Source: Tubiluchus corallicola (lineage: Eukaryota > Animalia > Priapulida). From it: a DNA stretch of 64,000 bases. Every line of letters begins with the position of its first letter. The stretch's first letter is position 1. The position numbers were made by a program, and so were the translations under genes. Below the pieces are notes generated by a model, which made no database searches, was not told where the DNA came from, and was given only the letters and a program-made list of their open reading frames with translations. Location: contig JAQGDQ010000272.1 of assembly GCA_030141605.1 (NCBI GenBank), forward strand, positions 1 to 64,000, in the 5' to 3' direction. Below, piece after piece: positions 40,153-51,865 of the stretch.

Positions 40153-40662
40153 TCGTTCTACCGAGTTGTTACGTGATTATAACGACGTACTACCTCGTTA
40201 CAATCATGCAGCTTTGATTAATGTCAATACACAGAAATGTTAGAACGTGTCTTGGGATAGAATCACGTGGGCACAATAGAGTGTGTGAATTAGTCTGTGC
40301 GACTTTCGCTTGAAATCTAATTAGTAGTAACTTGTTCTTGTTAGTTAGCTATATTGTTATTAAAAGATAGTATTAGTAATACAAAAGTAGCATTATAAAG
40401 AAACAGCCGTCTTATAGCGCAGCAATATCTTGTTATAACGAGGTAGTAAGTCATTATAACGAAGTATAGTAAGTCGTTACACTGAGATAGTAAATCGTTG
40501 TAACATTATAGCAATATATTTCTATTATAAAGGATACTATTTCATTACAACGCGATGGCTGTAACGTTATAAAAAGGTATCAAGCCACTGTAACGAGAAA
40601 ACATCTCGCCATAAAGAGGTAGCAAGACGCCATAGCGAAATAGACATTGTTATAACGTGTTA
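40153..40662. repeat. Degenerate ~21-bp tandem array (core gttataacgag) with a short inverted arm; MITE/foldback-like
   Basis: Units such as ttgttataacgaggtagtaagtc / attataacgaagtatagtaagtc at 40430-40660, with the inverted tactacctcgttac at ~40188. Confidence 0.65.
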
Positions 40663-42776
40663 CCTAATTTTTTTTCCAAAAACAAAATTCACACTAGCAA
40701 AGCTTCACAGTTTTTTTCTGTAGACTGTCAAACAAATCATTACATAACATGACACCAGAGAGCACTTATGTGTATTTACAAAGAAAATGGTGAACAGACT
40801 TGCTGTTACTTTAAATAAACATAAACATACATAAACTTCATTCCAAAATATATAATCTGATTAAATGTAAATGTAGTTACAGGAACGGCTGCAGAACCAA
40901 GAATTCGCGATGGAGAGGAAGTACTTGGAAGGGAATTCCCATTCATGGTGTGTATATTGATTTTTCGTTTTCACAAGAGTTTTTAATTTCAATGAAACAC
41001 AATCAGGTTAGGGCTGAGTTTAGACTATCCCTATAATTAATGTCTTGCTTCATAAATAGATTTACAACTTCTTTTTGTGCAAGAAATCCCAATTTTAAGC
41101 TCATTTTACTATGAATTAGCAAATTTCGTGTTCTTACAATAAGTGTTTCTTCAGCGGGAAAAAGTGGGGGCGAAAATTTTAGTAGGATGCTGTAAGTGGG
41201 AGCGCAAAGCAGTTCAAAACTCATTTCTACCGTCAACATCAGAAGTGCTTAGTACTTCTTTTCCTCCACTGCTCCAACTTTGCTACGCAAAATAAACGGC
41301 AAATAAAAAGCTAAATGTTGAGTTAGCATATGTGACAAGACTTTATTTTGCATATGTCATTGCAAACACACATATGATGACAATAAAAAGATGACGGATT
41401 AGAAGCATTAAGACATTAGTAATAATCACGAATTGCTACCCAGAACCAAATAAAAATTGTAAAAGACAACAAATATCAACGTCAACATAGCTGAAGTCAC
41501 AGTCTCCTGATATACCAACAACTGACAAGGAACTTCAAAATCACAGAGCTTATATAAAAAATATTCCACTCAATTGGGGTAGAAATAAGTTGGTACGACC
41601 AAGACAAAACGATGCACAGATAATCAGTAAGCATAATCAGATACTAGCAAAACCCGATAAAAACAAATAAACAGAGCCTAACACCAAATTAAACAACCAA
41701 ATAAGACTAGAAGCAACAATTATTAAAATTACAAAAGAGCAGCTACTCTGTCTATGGGTAGTGTGGCACACACACTGGGAAGCAAAAAAAGTTTGTAAAC
41801 TCGCACTTGTGTACTGTGTAGCATCCCCTGTTGATTGTCATTTCAGGGTGCACTGCATACCGCAACGCCCTCTTTTTACTACAACAAAATTACTGATTAC
41901 TTGTTGCACACAAAGTTTATTCACATATAAACAATTTACACTGTTTACATTATATTTTCTAAAGGTTGGCCTTGTGTTGACTGCAGACGAAACCTTGTGT
42001 GGAGGAACCCTCATTGATGAAATTTTGATTTTAACTTCGGCTCACTGTGTGTATGGGTAAGTATGTAAACTTGCTGTGACTGTACTGTATGGTACAAGAT
42101 ATAGGAATGCAAGGCAGCACACAGCAATATTCTGGTGACGGGGGTGAACATGAACTCACATCATTCGTAAATTTGAAATTTGAATTTTTATCTTGAATTT
42201 TGCCGAGTTTTTGTATGTTACACTGAATGTTGTACAGTTGCACTGTACTGCAATTTTCGCTTTCGAAAACACGAATCTTTCCGTTGTTGAGAATTGTGTT
42301 AGTTTGTGACGTCATCACTATTTGCGCTTTCCCGCGGATAATTATAATTATAATTAAAATTTATAAAATATAATTATAATTTTACAATCTTTCCTTATTA
42401 TCAGAAATTCTTTTGCAGTTTTATTGCTGTTAAAATGTGTAGTTTTTACCGTACTTTAAAATGGGGTAGGATGCGAAAAATCATCAATGATCAACGTTAT
42501 GTACTAATGCCAATAGATTTAAATGTCATGCGCGTTGTGCACAGATAGCGGTTGTTACATGCGAGCAAATTGTAAAACTCACAATGAGCATCATGTTGTA
42601 TAACAGAAAAACTGCATTTGATTGTATGTCAAAAACGACACACACGACATGCCGGCTAGCAGTCAATCATGAACTAATAAAGCGGTGAGTTAGTATTCAA
42701 GCAATATAGCCTAAGCAAATGATGTCTATTAATTGTTAGTAAATACCTGATATTATATAAGTATTATTAAATCTCT

Positions 42777-43641
42777 TAGGGTCGTTATTTCAAGATTATT
42801 CACTTAGAAAGGACTTTGTTTAAGAACGTGGGGTGACGTGAGTTACACACACACGCACGAGGAGCCTACGCACACACAAGGAGTGATGTGAGAGAGTCTG
42901 ACAGAGATTGCTACTGTAGTGTGTCCGAGACAGCCTTCTAGAAGAGAGGAGCATCGTTTGACACCAGCGTAGAGGAGTCTGCGTTCTCAGCCATAGACTG
43001 GGCACTGGATCAACGAAAGTCTCGTTAAGCTATCTGGAGTTGACCAAGTGTACTTAACCTATTTGTATCTGAGAGTAACGCTGCATAACTGTAGTTTCAC
43101 ACTGTATTAAGTGCAGCATACTGAATCGTTGTCAATTAAAGTGAATCAGCATCTTCTCTGGAGCTATACACTAATTGTAAGCGCCCACCAGCGTATAAGG
43201 ACAAATCTTGTACAGCAAACCAGATTAGATAACGTGTATTCTGTAATTGAATAAATTCTATTCACTGTGGTAACGTAGATAACGAGTTCTTGTATGATTA
43301 AGAGCGTTCAAAGTAAAGCAACACTAAATCCTAGATACGAACTAGAGAGATTCGCATTGTACTAATTGCGGGAGCTACGCTCGATAACTTGAGGGAAGAA
43401 GACCTCCACTCACAACGCAAGGTCGAAGTGAAAGTCTTGAAGGACAGTATCATTGCCTGATAGACTTAATTAAAGCCCTCGGAGTCAGGTGACAGAATCA
43501 CCTTATAGCGAACGAGAAGCGAATCAATAAAGTCTAAATTAATCAATATACAATCTATACAATCTATAGAATCAATTCATGATCACTCGATACGGCTAGA
43601 TAAAACTATACGATCAATCTATCGAGAAAAAGGGTCGTGAT
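42777..43641 (+). mobile_element. One or two adjacent LTR-like sequences (42777-43170 and 43177-43641)
   Basis: TGT...TACA and TGTAAGCGCCC...GGGTCGTGATA ends, internal AATAAA/ATTAAA, GC-richer than the flanks. No target-site duplication seen. Confidence 0.35.
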
Positions 43642-44956
43642 AAGTATGTTATACCATATAAAAGTATAATTGTATGCATATCATAGCCAATGTAAGGCAC
43701 CCTATAACTGGATCCTAAGCTTATACGTGTGTGACATTGGATATGCCACGTATAATAGTTAGACTAGTTTACTAATTTACATAGACACTAACAGAGGCTA
43801 ACATAATCTACAAATGAATAATGTAGAAATGACAATATAGGCAAAAATATAAGCGACCGCTCTTATTCATAAAACTTAGATATGTAAATATTGAAAAAAG
43901 TTGTGACTAACTACATTGTTAATCAAAGTAATCAGCATATTTATATAAATGCCACAGATGAAAGCCAAGTGAGGCTAGGTTTCATAATGATTGGCCAAAC
44001 CTGTTCTATGAAAGCAATGGCAGTAAGCCAAGCAAGCCGCAGTAATCTTTACCCGGCACGTCTAAAGATAAACGTTCTTGTCAGTGGGAGGAACACTAAT
44101 GAAATCACTGATCGCCTAATTTTTGCTAATTTCTACTTTGGCCACAACTAAAGAAGAAAAGCCATTTAAGGTCATGTTGAATATTTGCTCAGGCTGCTAG
44201 TTTGTGGCAGATGGCAGAGTAAACTCGACAAATACAAGTTCACTAGTTAAAGCGACGTCTAAGATATTTCAGGCTGTATCTCAACTTTTCCACATTTCCT
44301 GTCTTTTAAGTTTGGCGTCAAAATTAAACAAATGTTGGGTTTATACGATCGTTTATAATAATCTTGACATTAATTAATTACCACTTTATTCTTTGCCCGA
44401 AAGGCGTTGTTCAACCTTGAATGTCTATTGTTAAAAAAAGGGAAAGTGAGGTGGATACGGGACTGTCAAATTTTAATTTCGTATTTTCTTACAGATTTCT
44501 TGGTACATTGTTCATCCTGCTTATAATCATTCAGGCGATGAACAGCACGATATTGCTCTTGTACGAACCTGTCGAGTTTTCCGATAAAATTCAACCTGCC
44601 AAATTGCCTGTTTGTGACATGTATACGTACATTACTGAAACAGTTACTGTCATTGGATGGGGAATGCTAGGCCCTAGTAAGTAAAATGATTTATATTTAA
44701 ATGCATGAATCTTAAGTTTGAATGATACTTGAATAACTGCGTATTGAACCGAGTGACAAAAGTTTGGGAATATATATAATTATTAAGAAGCCATTGCATA
44801 TCAGCATTGCATACCAGATACAAAACTGCTGACATTGAATGGCCTCGTGGATACAGCAGGTAAACCGCCAGGTGTCTTTACCAACATGGTACCTGTTCCG
44901 AAGAGTTCCGAAGACACAACTAGCATGAAGTACACAAGACAATTTCACTGGCGAAT

Positions 44957-45325
44957 TATAAAGTTTTCACATCGTGGTATTAAACCCGGACTGCTTTCCG
45001 AAATACGCGGGAACGAACCGGCTAGGGGAGCCACTAATCTGTCCGCCTGGCGGTGAGGGCCCAGCGTTGTTACACTGGTGTCAGAACTCAGAAGTGAGAT
45101 CGATTCCCACTTCGGATCAAATTCAAGATTGATTCCAACAGATGATCAACTATTCTAGATGGATCTCACTTCTGACATCATTGTTCTGATGCTGGGTCCT
45201 CGCCAATGGAGGGAACCGCCAATCAGACTCTCTGGTGGCAAGGAACTAGCGTCAGAACACAGGTATCAGAAGTGCGACCCGTCTGGAATGGTTCGTCATC
45301 TGCTGTAATCGACTGTGAAACCTTA
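44957..45325. mobile_element. Foldback structure containing LTR-end/PBS(tRNA-Leu)-like units
   Basis: gttaca-c-TGGTGTCAGAA(ctcagaa)GTGAGAT at 45069-45100, an inverted copy at 45163-45180 and a direct copy at 45261-45278. 45128-45208 is reverse-complementary to 45232-45313. Confidence 0.6.
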
Positions 45326-46989
45326 GCAACGTTATAATAGTTTTATACAAGCATCAACTTGGTTCTGACTTTTAAGTATTCAGAGGTAGATGAAGGATTT
45401 GATCAAACGTCTTTACATCTAATAAGAAACTACCTCCAAAGTAGAAACTAAGCATAGGTACAACACTTATAAATGCTTAGAATACATCATTATACATATT
45501 CAGAGTCAAGAGATTTGCATCGAGGTATACGCCATTGATTATGTACTTTCTTTCTTCACCTTGTATCTTTGTGACGGGAACTTTCTTTTCTATTCATTTG
45601 AGATTTTGAGCTATGTTTTTTATGACTGCCTATTTCATAGCAGCTTTTTTCAAACTTTCATACACACTAATATTTGCAAAAGGCGGATTTATTTGTAACG
45701 TCTCGAGGTAAATGCCGAACGATCAACCAAACAATTCTTATCTGCGCACGTCATAACCAGCGAAGTACAATTCCCGTAAGTATAACCGAAACCAAACGGC
45801 ACTCTTGTATTTCCAATACAACAGTAGAACGTTTTAATTCTACTCGAGTTTTTCTCAACATCTGTAATACCTGAAATTCAAAATTATATATACAATAAGC
45901 AGCAACTTTCTATATTAAAATAATTGTGTTTTTTATACTACAAACTGGTTTTTTACAATTTAGACCCACTGCACATAACTTTCTCGATGTTTGGAATCAG
46001 ACTAAATCTTAAGATTAATTAAACATACCTTCCGTCAATGCTGCTCGGGGTTAACATCGTGCTGTAGCTAAAAAAGGTTTCTGTTAAACATAAGTTTAAA
46101 CTACATAAAATCTACAAAATAAATCGACAAAATAAAACAGTTCTTTGCAAAAACCTATAATCAAACTATACATTGCGGTTTGACGAGCATTTCCTTGGAA
46201 GCAAATGGAGAGAGAGAGTTTGGCACTTATACACTGAATTAGCATAACAGAGTATTTTCAGTAAAACAATAATGTAGTTGTTAGTTTGGTAACAAAACAA
46301 TATCTATACAGCTAGTTTGTCGTATAGTTTGTTGTATTTCGTGAGAGCCTTATGTTGTATGCGTTCACCAGTTGTGTTATCTTATGTATTGTCAAAGTAT
46401 TGAAATGGTTGTGCAAAATAAACAATTTAATTGCATTGAGTTTCATACATGTTGAAACGGTAAATCATATAAACAGTTGCGATGGGAAACTGATTATAGA
46501 AACACTATCAAACCTTATTCTGCATTATAATGGCGAAAAGCTTTATAATTGACGTGCGCCAAAATGGAGATTTTTTAAAACTTCTGTGGACGCACAAAAT
46601 TTAGCAGAATTGAATAAAAAGAATTAGTTTACGTGATACTTAACTCATAATTCCTGCAAACTTTATGTAAGAGATTTTCAGAAGACAACTTTATGAAGTT
46701 TATGCAGAACAAAAACGGTGAGAACGTTCAAATTTTACATCGACAGTATTCTTGCACACCACTTATTGTAGCCCTGAAACTGCTGTATGCCGTAACTTGG
46801 AGTGTAGTTCTATCCGCCATTACTAATGGTGCAAAGCCTCGAAGTTTTCTATGCCAAACAACACATGAAGTTGAGTTGAACTTAGCGAGCCTTAGTAAAC
46901 AGACGCCAGTAAACTTATATGATAGTAAGCTAATGCCTCATAGCTACCTGACAAGAAGTTTCATATAATCAAGCGATAGTCTAGGGAAT

Positions 46990-48426
46990 AAAACGTATAC
47001 TGCTAATCTGAGTGTGTGCAAAAGATCTAAAGAAAGCTCAAAAATGGATAACGCATCAAGGGTTTCAAATGCTGGTACTCAAGGTACCGAGACAAATATT
47101 GACTCAATACCAACTAATACTACAACTAGATCTACCACTTCGGTTTCTGAAAGTTTTTGTCAATCTGCTAGCCAGAAATTGGGTCAGGTGTCCAGGCAGT
47201 AGCTAACCCTGTCGACTCCATGGAATCTCGACTACTTGAAGCCATAAATGCTCTTAAAAATACCATGGTCTTAGAATTCGATAACATGAAAAAAGAAACT
47301 TGATAGTTTAACTTCAAACCAACAATTTATTAATGCTCAACACGAAGATATTAAAAATGACCACCAACACATTAAGAAGGAATTAGATGAAACCAAAAAA
47401 GAAAATCATGCATTGAGACACACCCTAGACGAAGTCGCTACAAAAACTTCAACACACAGAACGTGAACTAGATACTCTGTTTGCTGATTTGCTGTTTCCA
47501 CCAATATGAAACGAAAAAACAGATGATACTGTAGTGAAACTTGGTGACTTGATGGGACTAAATGTTACCTATAACGATATTAGTATCTCGCATCGAGTTA
47601 CATCATCGAAAGGACCAAATCCCATTGTAGTAAAATTTCTGAAGAGGACTACAAGTGACAGGTTCTGAATGAAAACTCAGACCTCCGTAAACTAGGCATT
47701 CCTAAAAATTGTAAATCTTCATCAATGAATGTCTAACACGATGCAGAAAAGAAACTCAAAAGGTACAAATCAGTTTTTTACTAATCAAGGACTTATCTAT
47801 TTAAAAGTTAATGATGAATGTGAGCCTCTTGAAATTAAGACTGAAACCGACTTGAATAAATTAAGTTAAATTGTCTATCCCCCATTGTTCCATTTAACAT
47901 GTAAACAAGCAAAGATGACACATTTCAGCTTTTTTATCAGAATTATGGTAATTCGTTACACTTGCATTTCTTGCAATAAACATGCCGAATAAATCAAAGT
48001 GCAATTTGTTGGGATATCTGTAAAAATTGGATACACAAAAATTGCACTTTATTATTCAATGATGAGTTTGCTCTACTAACCAACACTAACAATTCATTTT
48101 TCTGTTTGCGGTGTATAAACATACTACCGTATCAAAGTCTAACTGAAGACGAGTTTTTTGATGCGCTGGGCGACCAGTCTGAACCTGTGAATCTTACCAA
48201 TACGGTCTCTCTTTACTCGGTTGTGTGCTACTAATGAAGACATTGACCCAGATGAATTCACCATTCAATATGACAGCAGGTATGTAAAACGAAATCAGAT
48301 GCATTCTGATCCCAAGTACAAAAATAGCGCCAGTGATTTCTCTTGTATACACATAAATGTTTCCAGTTTAAATAAACATTTTACTAATCCTAACGATATT
48401 TTGTATAATTTCCAATCCTGGCCTGA
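46990..48426 (+). mobile_element. 5' half of a CR1/L2-group LINE: ORF1 remnant, PHD finger, start of APE endonuclease
   Basis: ORF1 has a coiled coil and VVKLGDLMGLNVTYNDISISHRV..PIVVKF. PHD reads CISC..SAICWDICKNWIHKNC..FFCLRC. Then DIDPD..FSCIHINVSSLNKH. Many stops. Confidence 0.8.
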
Positions 48427-49020
48427 CCTTAGTTTGGTAGCAGAGAGTAGTTTTTGTGACCAGGCCTACAATAGAACAAAAAGATGCACCTACTTCAGTC
48501 ACAGGTTCAATATTACCCTTAGTTAGTTGATGTTTAATAACCTCATTATATTTCTGCAGAAGTTGAGGCTGCCTGGCAAGACGTCTGAGACAAGATTTAA
48601 GCTGGCCCAAGGCAAGAGCATAATTGTCAGGCAAAATACTCTGTTTGGTCCGCCACGGTTAAAAAACGTAATATCTACCATCATAGAACTCAGTGGTGTT
48701 GTTGAAGTTTCGTTCACCTTCAAGGTCACCAGCTTTGGTATGGCTATCAAAAATACCAAGCAAGTCCAATTTCCAGAAGCGGTCTATATCAAAGGTGGCT
48801 AGAAAATACTGAATTGCATTAGGTGATGTTTTCCATCAAAACCAAGGCATCATTGGCAAGACCAGGTTGAAAGCACAACATACCTATTTTGTATCGTGGT
48901 ATGGAATATGTAGCTTCAAGATTTAGCACACGTCCAATCAAGACCCATCTGAGCCTAGATGCAAAAACATAAAGACCGGGTATAATCTCACTAATTATAT
49001 TTCTCACTAAGCATAATCTA
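48427..49020 (-). mobile_element. BEL/Pao LTR retrotransposon polyprotein fragment
   Basis: SRLRWVLIG, DGRYYVF*PW, LPDNYALALGQLKSCLRRL..LLQKYNEVIKHQLTKGNIEPV..TKVR. Confidence 0.85.
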
Positions 49021-49039
49021 AAGAGATAATTAAAAGAGA

Positions 49040-50605
49040 TAATCTAAACCAATACTGGGACCCACGTTGACAAAGAAGTCACTTAATTTTTCACTTATGT
49101 CTTGTGAATCTGTATACTCGATGTTGTCTATTATTAGTTTTCCTGGCATGTTGTGTGATTTTGAGTTATTTTCTATATTATACTGTTAATTGCTTCCCAA
49201 GTTTTTTTTCATGTTATTTTTATTTTTCTGTAAAAATTCAGAATAATAGTTTTTCTTAGATAGTTCTTTAATATGATTTAGTTTATTTGAATATTTTCTA
49301 TAGTAAGTTTGTTTGTATTGTTATGACCCGCCTGCCGATTTTAATTTAAGCGCCAGGTTGGCTTCTCACCTGTGTTCTGTACTTGCTTTTGGCCTAGTTA
49401 GTTAGTTGTTATCGAGGTGGAAGTACTGTCGGCTGCTCAGGATGACAGCCCTGATGTTTCATTTTTGTTAATTTGTGTTTACTGGCAATAAAAATGAAGT
49501 AATGTCGCAAATGCATCTCCGTTTATTCACCATGTTTTGTGTAACCAATTCCAACTCATAACAGTATGCATTGTTTGTTAGTTTGTGTGTTTTATATAGT
49601 TGCAATCTAGTTTTAATGCTTTTTAAAATTCCTGGTGTTATCCAGGGCTTGCTAAATGTCGTTGTCTCTTTTCTAGATAATGTTCTTAATGGAAAATGAT
49701 TATTGAATGTATTGCAGTAAGTTTCATTGAATAAATTAAAACTTTCATTGGAATCTAAGTCATCAAAATTTATATTAGTCTACTGCGATGTTAGGTCATC
49801 TAAAAAGTTTATTTCAGTAGAGTTTCGGTAGTTCCTAATTACAATTTTATTTGTTTTTGCCATAATTTTTGTGTGTTTCACTATTGCAAATACTGGCAAA
49901 TGATCTGCTACTTGATACAATAATATACCTGGTATTATAGTATTGGTTAGGTCGTTAGTATAAATATGATCAATCAAAGTGTTAGTAGTTTCATTTATTC
50001 TTGTGGGTTTGGTTATGATGGGCATAAAATTATTTGAGAACAATATATTCATGTAATTTGCAACTAATGGCCCTTCATTGGTTTGTAACAAATTTACATT
50101 TATGTCACCTCATATATAACTCAACTTATTTGCTTTATTTATTAAATGTTCATTTTGTGTTCAAGTTCGTTTTGGAACTGTTAGTGTTTGGGTGTCTATA
50201 AATACACCAATAATAATGTTTTTATTTAAGGATGCAGTTTCAATTTCTTCACATATGTTTTCAATTTGCATATCTTTAGTGTTTGTGACAGTATTTCTTG
50301 GATTTGTGATCTGGTATTCAGGTAGTTCAGTAAAATTGATAGAATTTTTTATGTTCATGCCTACACCGCCTGCATTTGTATCTGAATTATGTCCAATAAA
50401 CTGATATTTTGGCAAATGAGAAAAAAAGATGCCCTGTTTTGATTCTTGTTTCACTGCTATAATTAAAGGTGGGTGTTGAAAATGCAATAAAACATCTAAC
50501 ATGCTGCTGTAATTTTTTGAAGACTACTTACATTGAAATGGACCATCGCAAAATCTTTGCTCGTGTTTGTGTAGCTTTTTTGACTAGCTAAAGACGATAA
50601 TTTAA
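49040..50605 (-). mobile_element. CR1/L2-group LINE ORF2 fragment (APE endonuclease plus linker), decayed
   Basis: VHFNVSSL, GGVGMNIK, IIIGV.YRHP, GDINVNLL, ITKPTRI..TLIDHIYTN, VADHLPVF, KPWITPGILKSI, KKTWEAIN, FFVNVGP. Confidence 0.9.
49319..49563. mobile_element. Solo LTR (245 bp) inserted into the LINE
   Basis: Perfect 8-bp inverted termini TGTTATGA...TCATAACA, 4-bp TSD GTAT (49315-49318 and 49564-49567), internal AATAAA. Removing it restores the LINE reading frame. Confidence 0.88.
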
Positions 50606-51865
50606 TAAATTTACACTGAGAACACTGAAAAGGTTTTTCGCCTGTGAGCGGTTTTTCGCAATGGTGCTTTACCTGAGATAACGACCCAGACTGTGAGTTT
50701 TGACGTGTGCTTTTATCTTGTACTCATGCGTAAAAGACAGTTCATATTGAGGACTTTGTAGTTTTCCACATCAGGTTCTGAATGGAATACAGAACAAGTG
50801 CTTTGCTAGTTTTCTTCATTCTTTCATTCACTTCATTCTTTTCTTTTTGACTAAAAGCACTATCCACAGAACAATTTGGTACTGTTGGTACTAACAGGTC
50901 AGCGTTTAGTCTACAATTAAGCCAATCTGCATTTGTTAGTGTTTCAGTGCCAGTATTACTAACCATAAAGAGCTTTCTTTATGAATCTCAAGACGATTCT
51001 TAAGAGTACCCGATCAGCCAAAACTGGCTTTGCATAAGTGACACCTAAAAGGCAGCTCCCTTGTCTGAAGTTTTTGCCGCGGGCCTTTAAATGACTGGAG
51101 TGAGAAAAAGCTGCCTCAAAACCGGCTTGTTCCATTCGGACAACAGTTTCAAGGAATAACTTCACTTCTTCACGAAGTCCATATACCTGGCACACTACGT
51201 TACCACGAGATAACCATCGAACCTGCGTGTAGTAGAGCAGATTCTCATGGTTGGAGTCCACATCTTGGTATACCTGCCAGAAAAGTCTGGTATTCACAGC
51301 ATTTGTTTTGTTAAAATTCACCGTTTTTATTATGACGTCCATTGTTTCCTTCAGTGACTGTGGGAGCGTCCTGGCATGCCTGTCTGTAAATTATGCAGTG
51401 GACAAATGAAGCATGTGGTGCCTTGGCTTTCACATGGAAAGCAGAATGGGCTCCGTCCGTGCAAACACCGCAAACTTGATCCCATGCAAGTCCATGTTGG
51501 TCAAAATATTCAACCACTTTTCAAAGACATCCTGTCCTTTCGTCGTCAATTCCAGCGTATGGCAAAAAAGGAATTCTTCCTCCAGATTCTAGTCTTTCAG
51601 GTTCCGATATTTGCAAGCATGAGGAGACATATTGTTTGATAAGGCAAAAGCAGCTTTACACTCATTGCATTTAAAAGGTTTTTCTCCAGGATGGATTCGA
51701 TAGTGGCGTTCAAAAATTGACAAACACTTGAAGGTCTTCTGGCATTCACTGCATTTAGAACTGTCTTTCGTAAAAGTCCGAATTTTTAAATTTACTTTCA
51801 AAGGACACTTCTCGGTTAATGGAAAGTCGCACTTGGTGCTGCTGAGCTGTCTCCTTTCTAGACAT
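50600..51865 (-). pseudogene. C2H2 zinc-finger gene remnant split by a hAT fragment
   Basis: ATG 51865 MSRKETAQ..ERQF, +1 frameshift, KCSECQKTF..HYRIHPGEKPFKCNEC. After the hAT piece: AAFSHSSHLKA, CKASFG*SGTLK..IH, TGEKPFQCSQC. Confidence 0.7.
51130..51585 (-). mobile_element. hAT (Buster/Charlie-like) transposase fragment
   Basis: EEEFLFC..L..TTKGQDVF, VCGVCTDGA, FVHCIIYRQA, VIIKTVNF..NTRLF..HENLLYYTQVRWLSRGNV..LREEVKLFL. Confidence 0.9.

Larger units (their letters stand above)
39333..46242 (+). pseudogene. Secreted trypsin/chymotrypsin-family (S1A) serine protease gene, disrupted. Exons: 39333-39444, 40883-40947, 41965-42056, ~43929-44022, 44495-44676, ~45641-45775, possibly 46141-46242
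   Basis: Signal-like MNLLASLLLACV; activation region EPR-IRDG..REFPFM|V; LCGGTLID..ILTSAHC; QVRLG; VHPAYN..HDIAL, then a frameshift, then YEPVEFSDKIQPAKLP..TVIGWG; LQKADL..C..ICA. Phases fit for exons 1-3 and 4-5. GDSGGP was not found. Confidence 0.8.
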
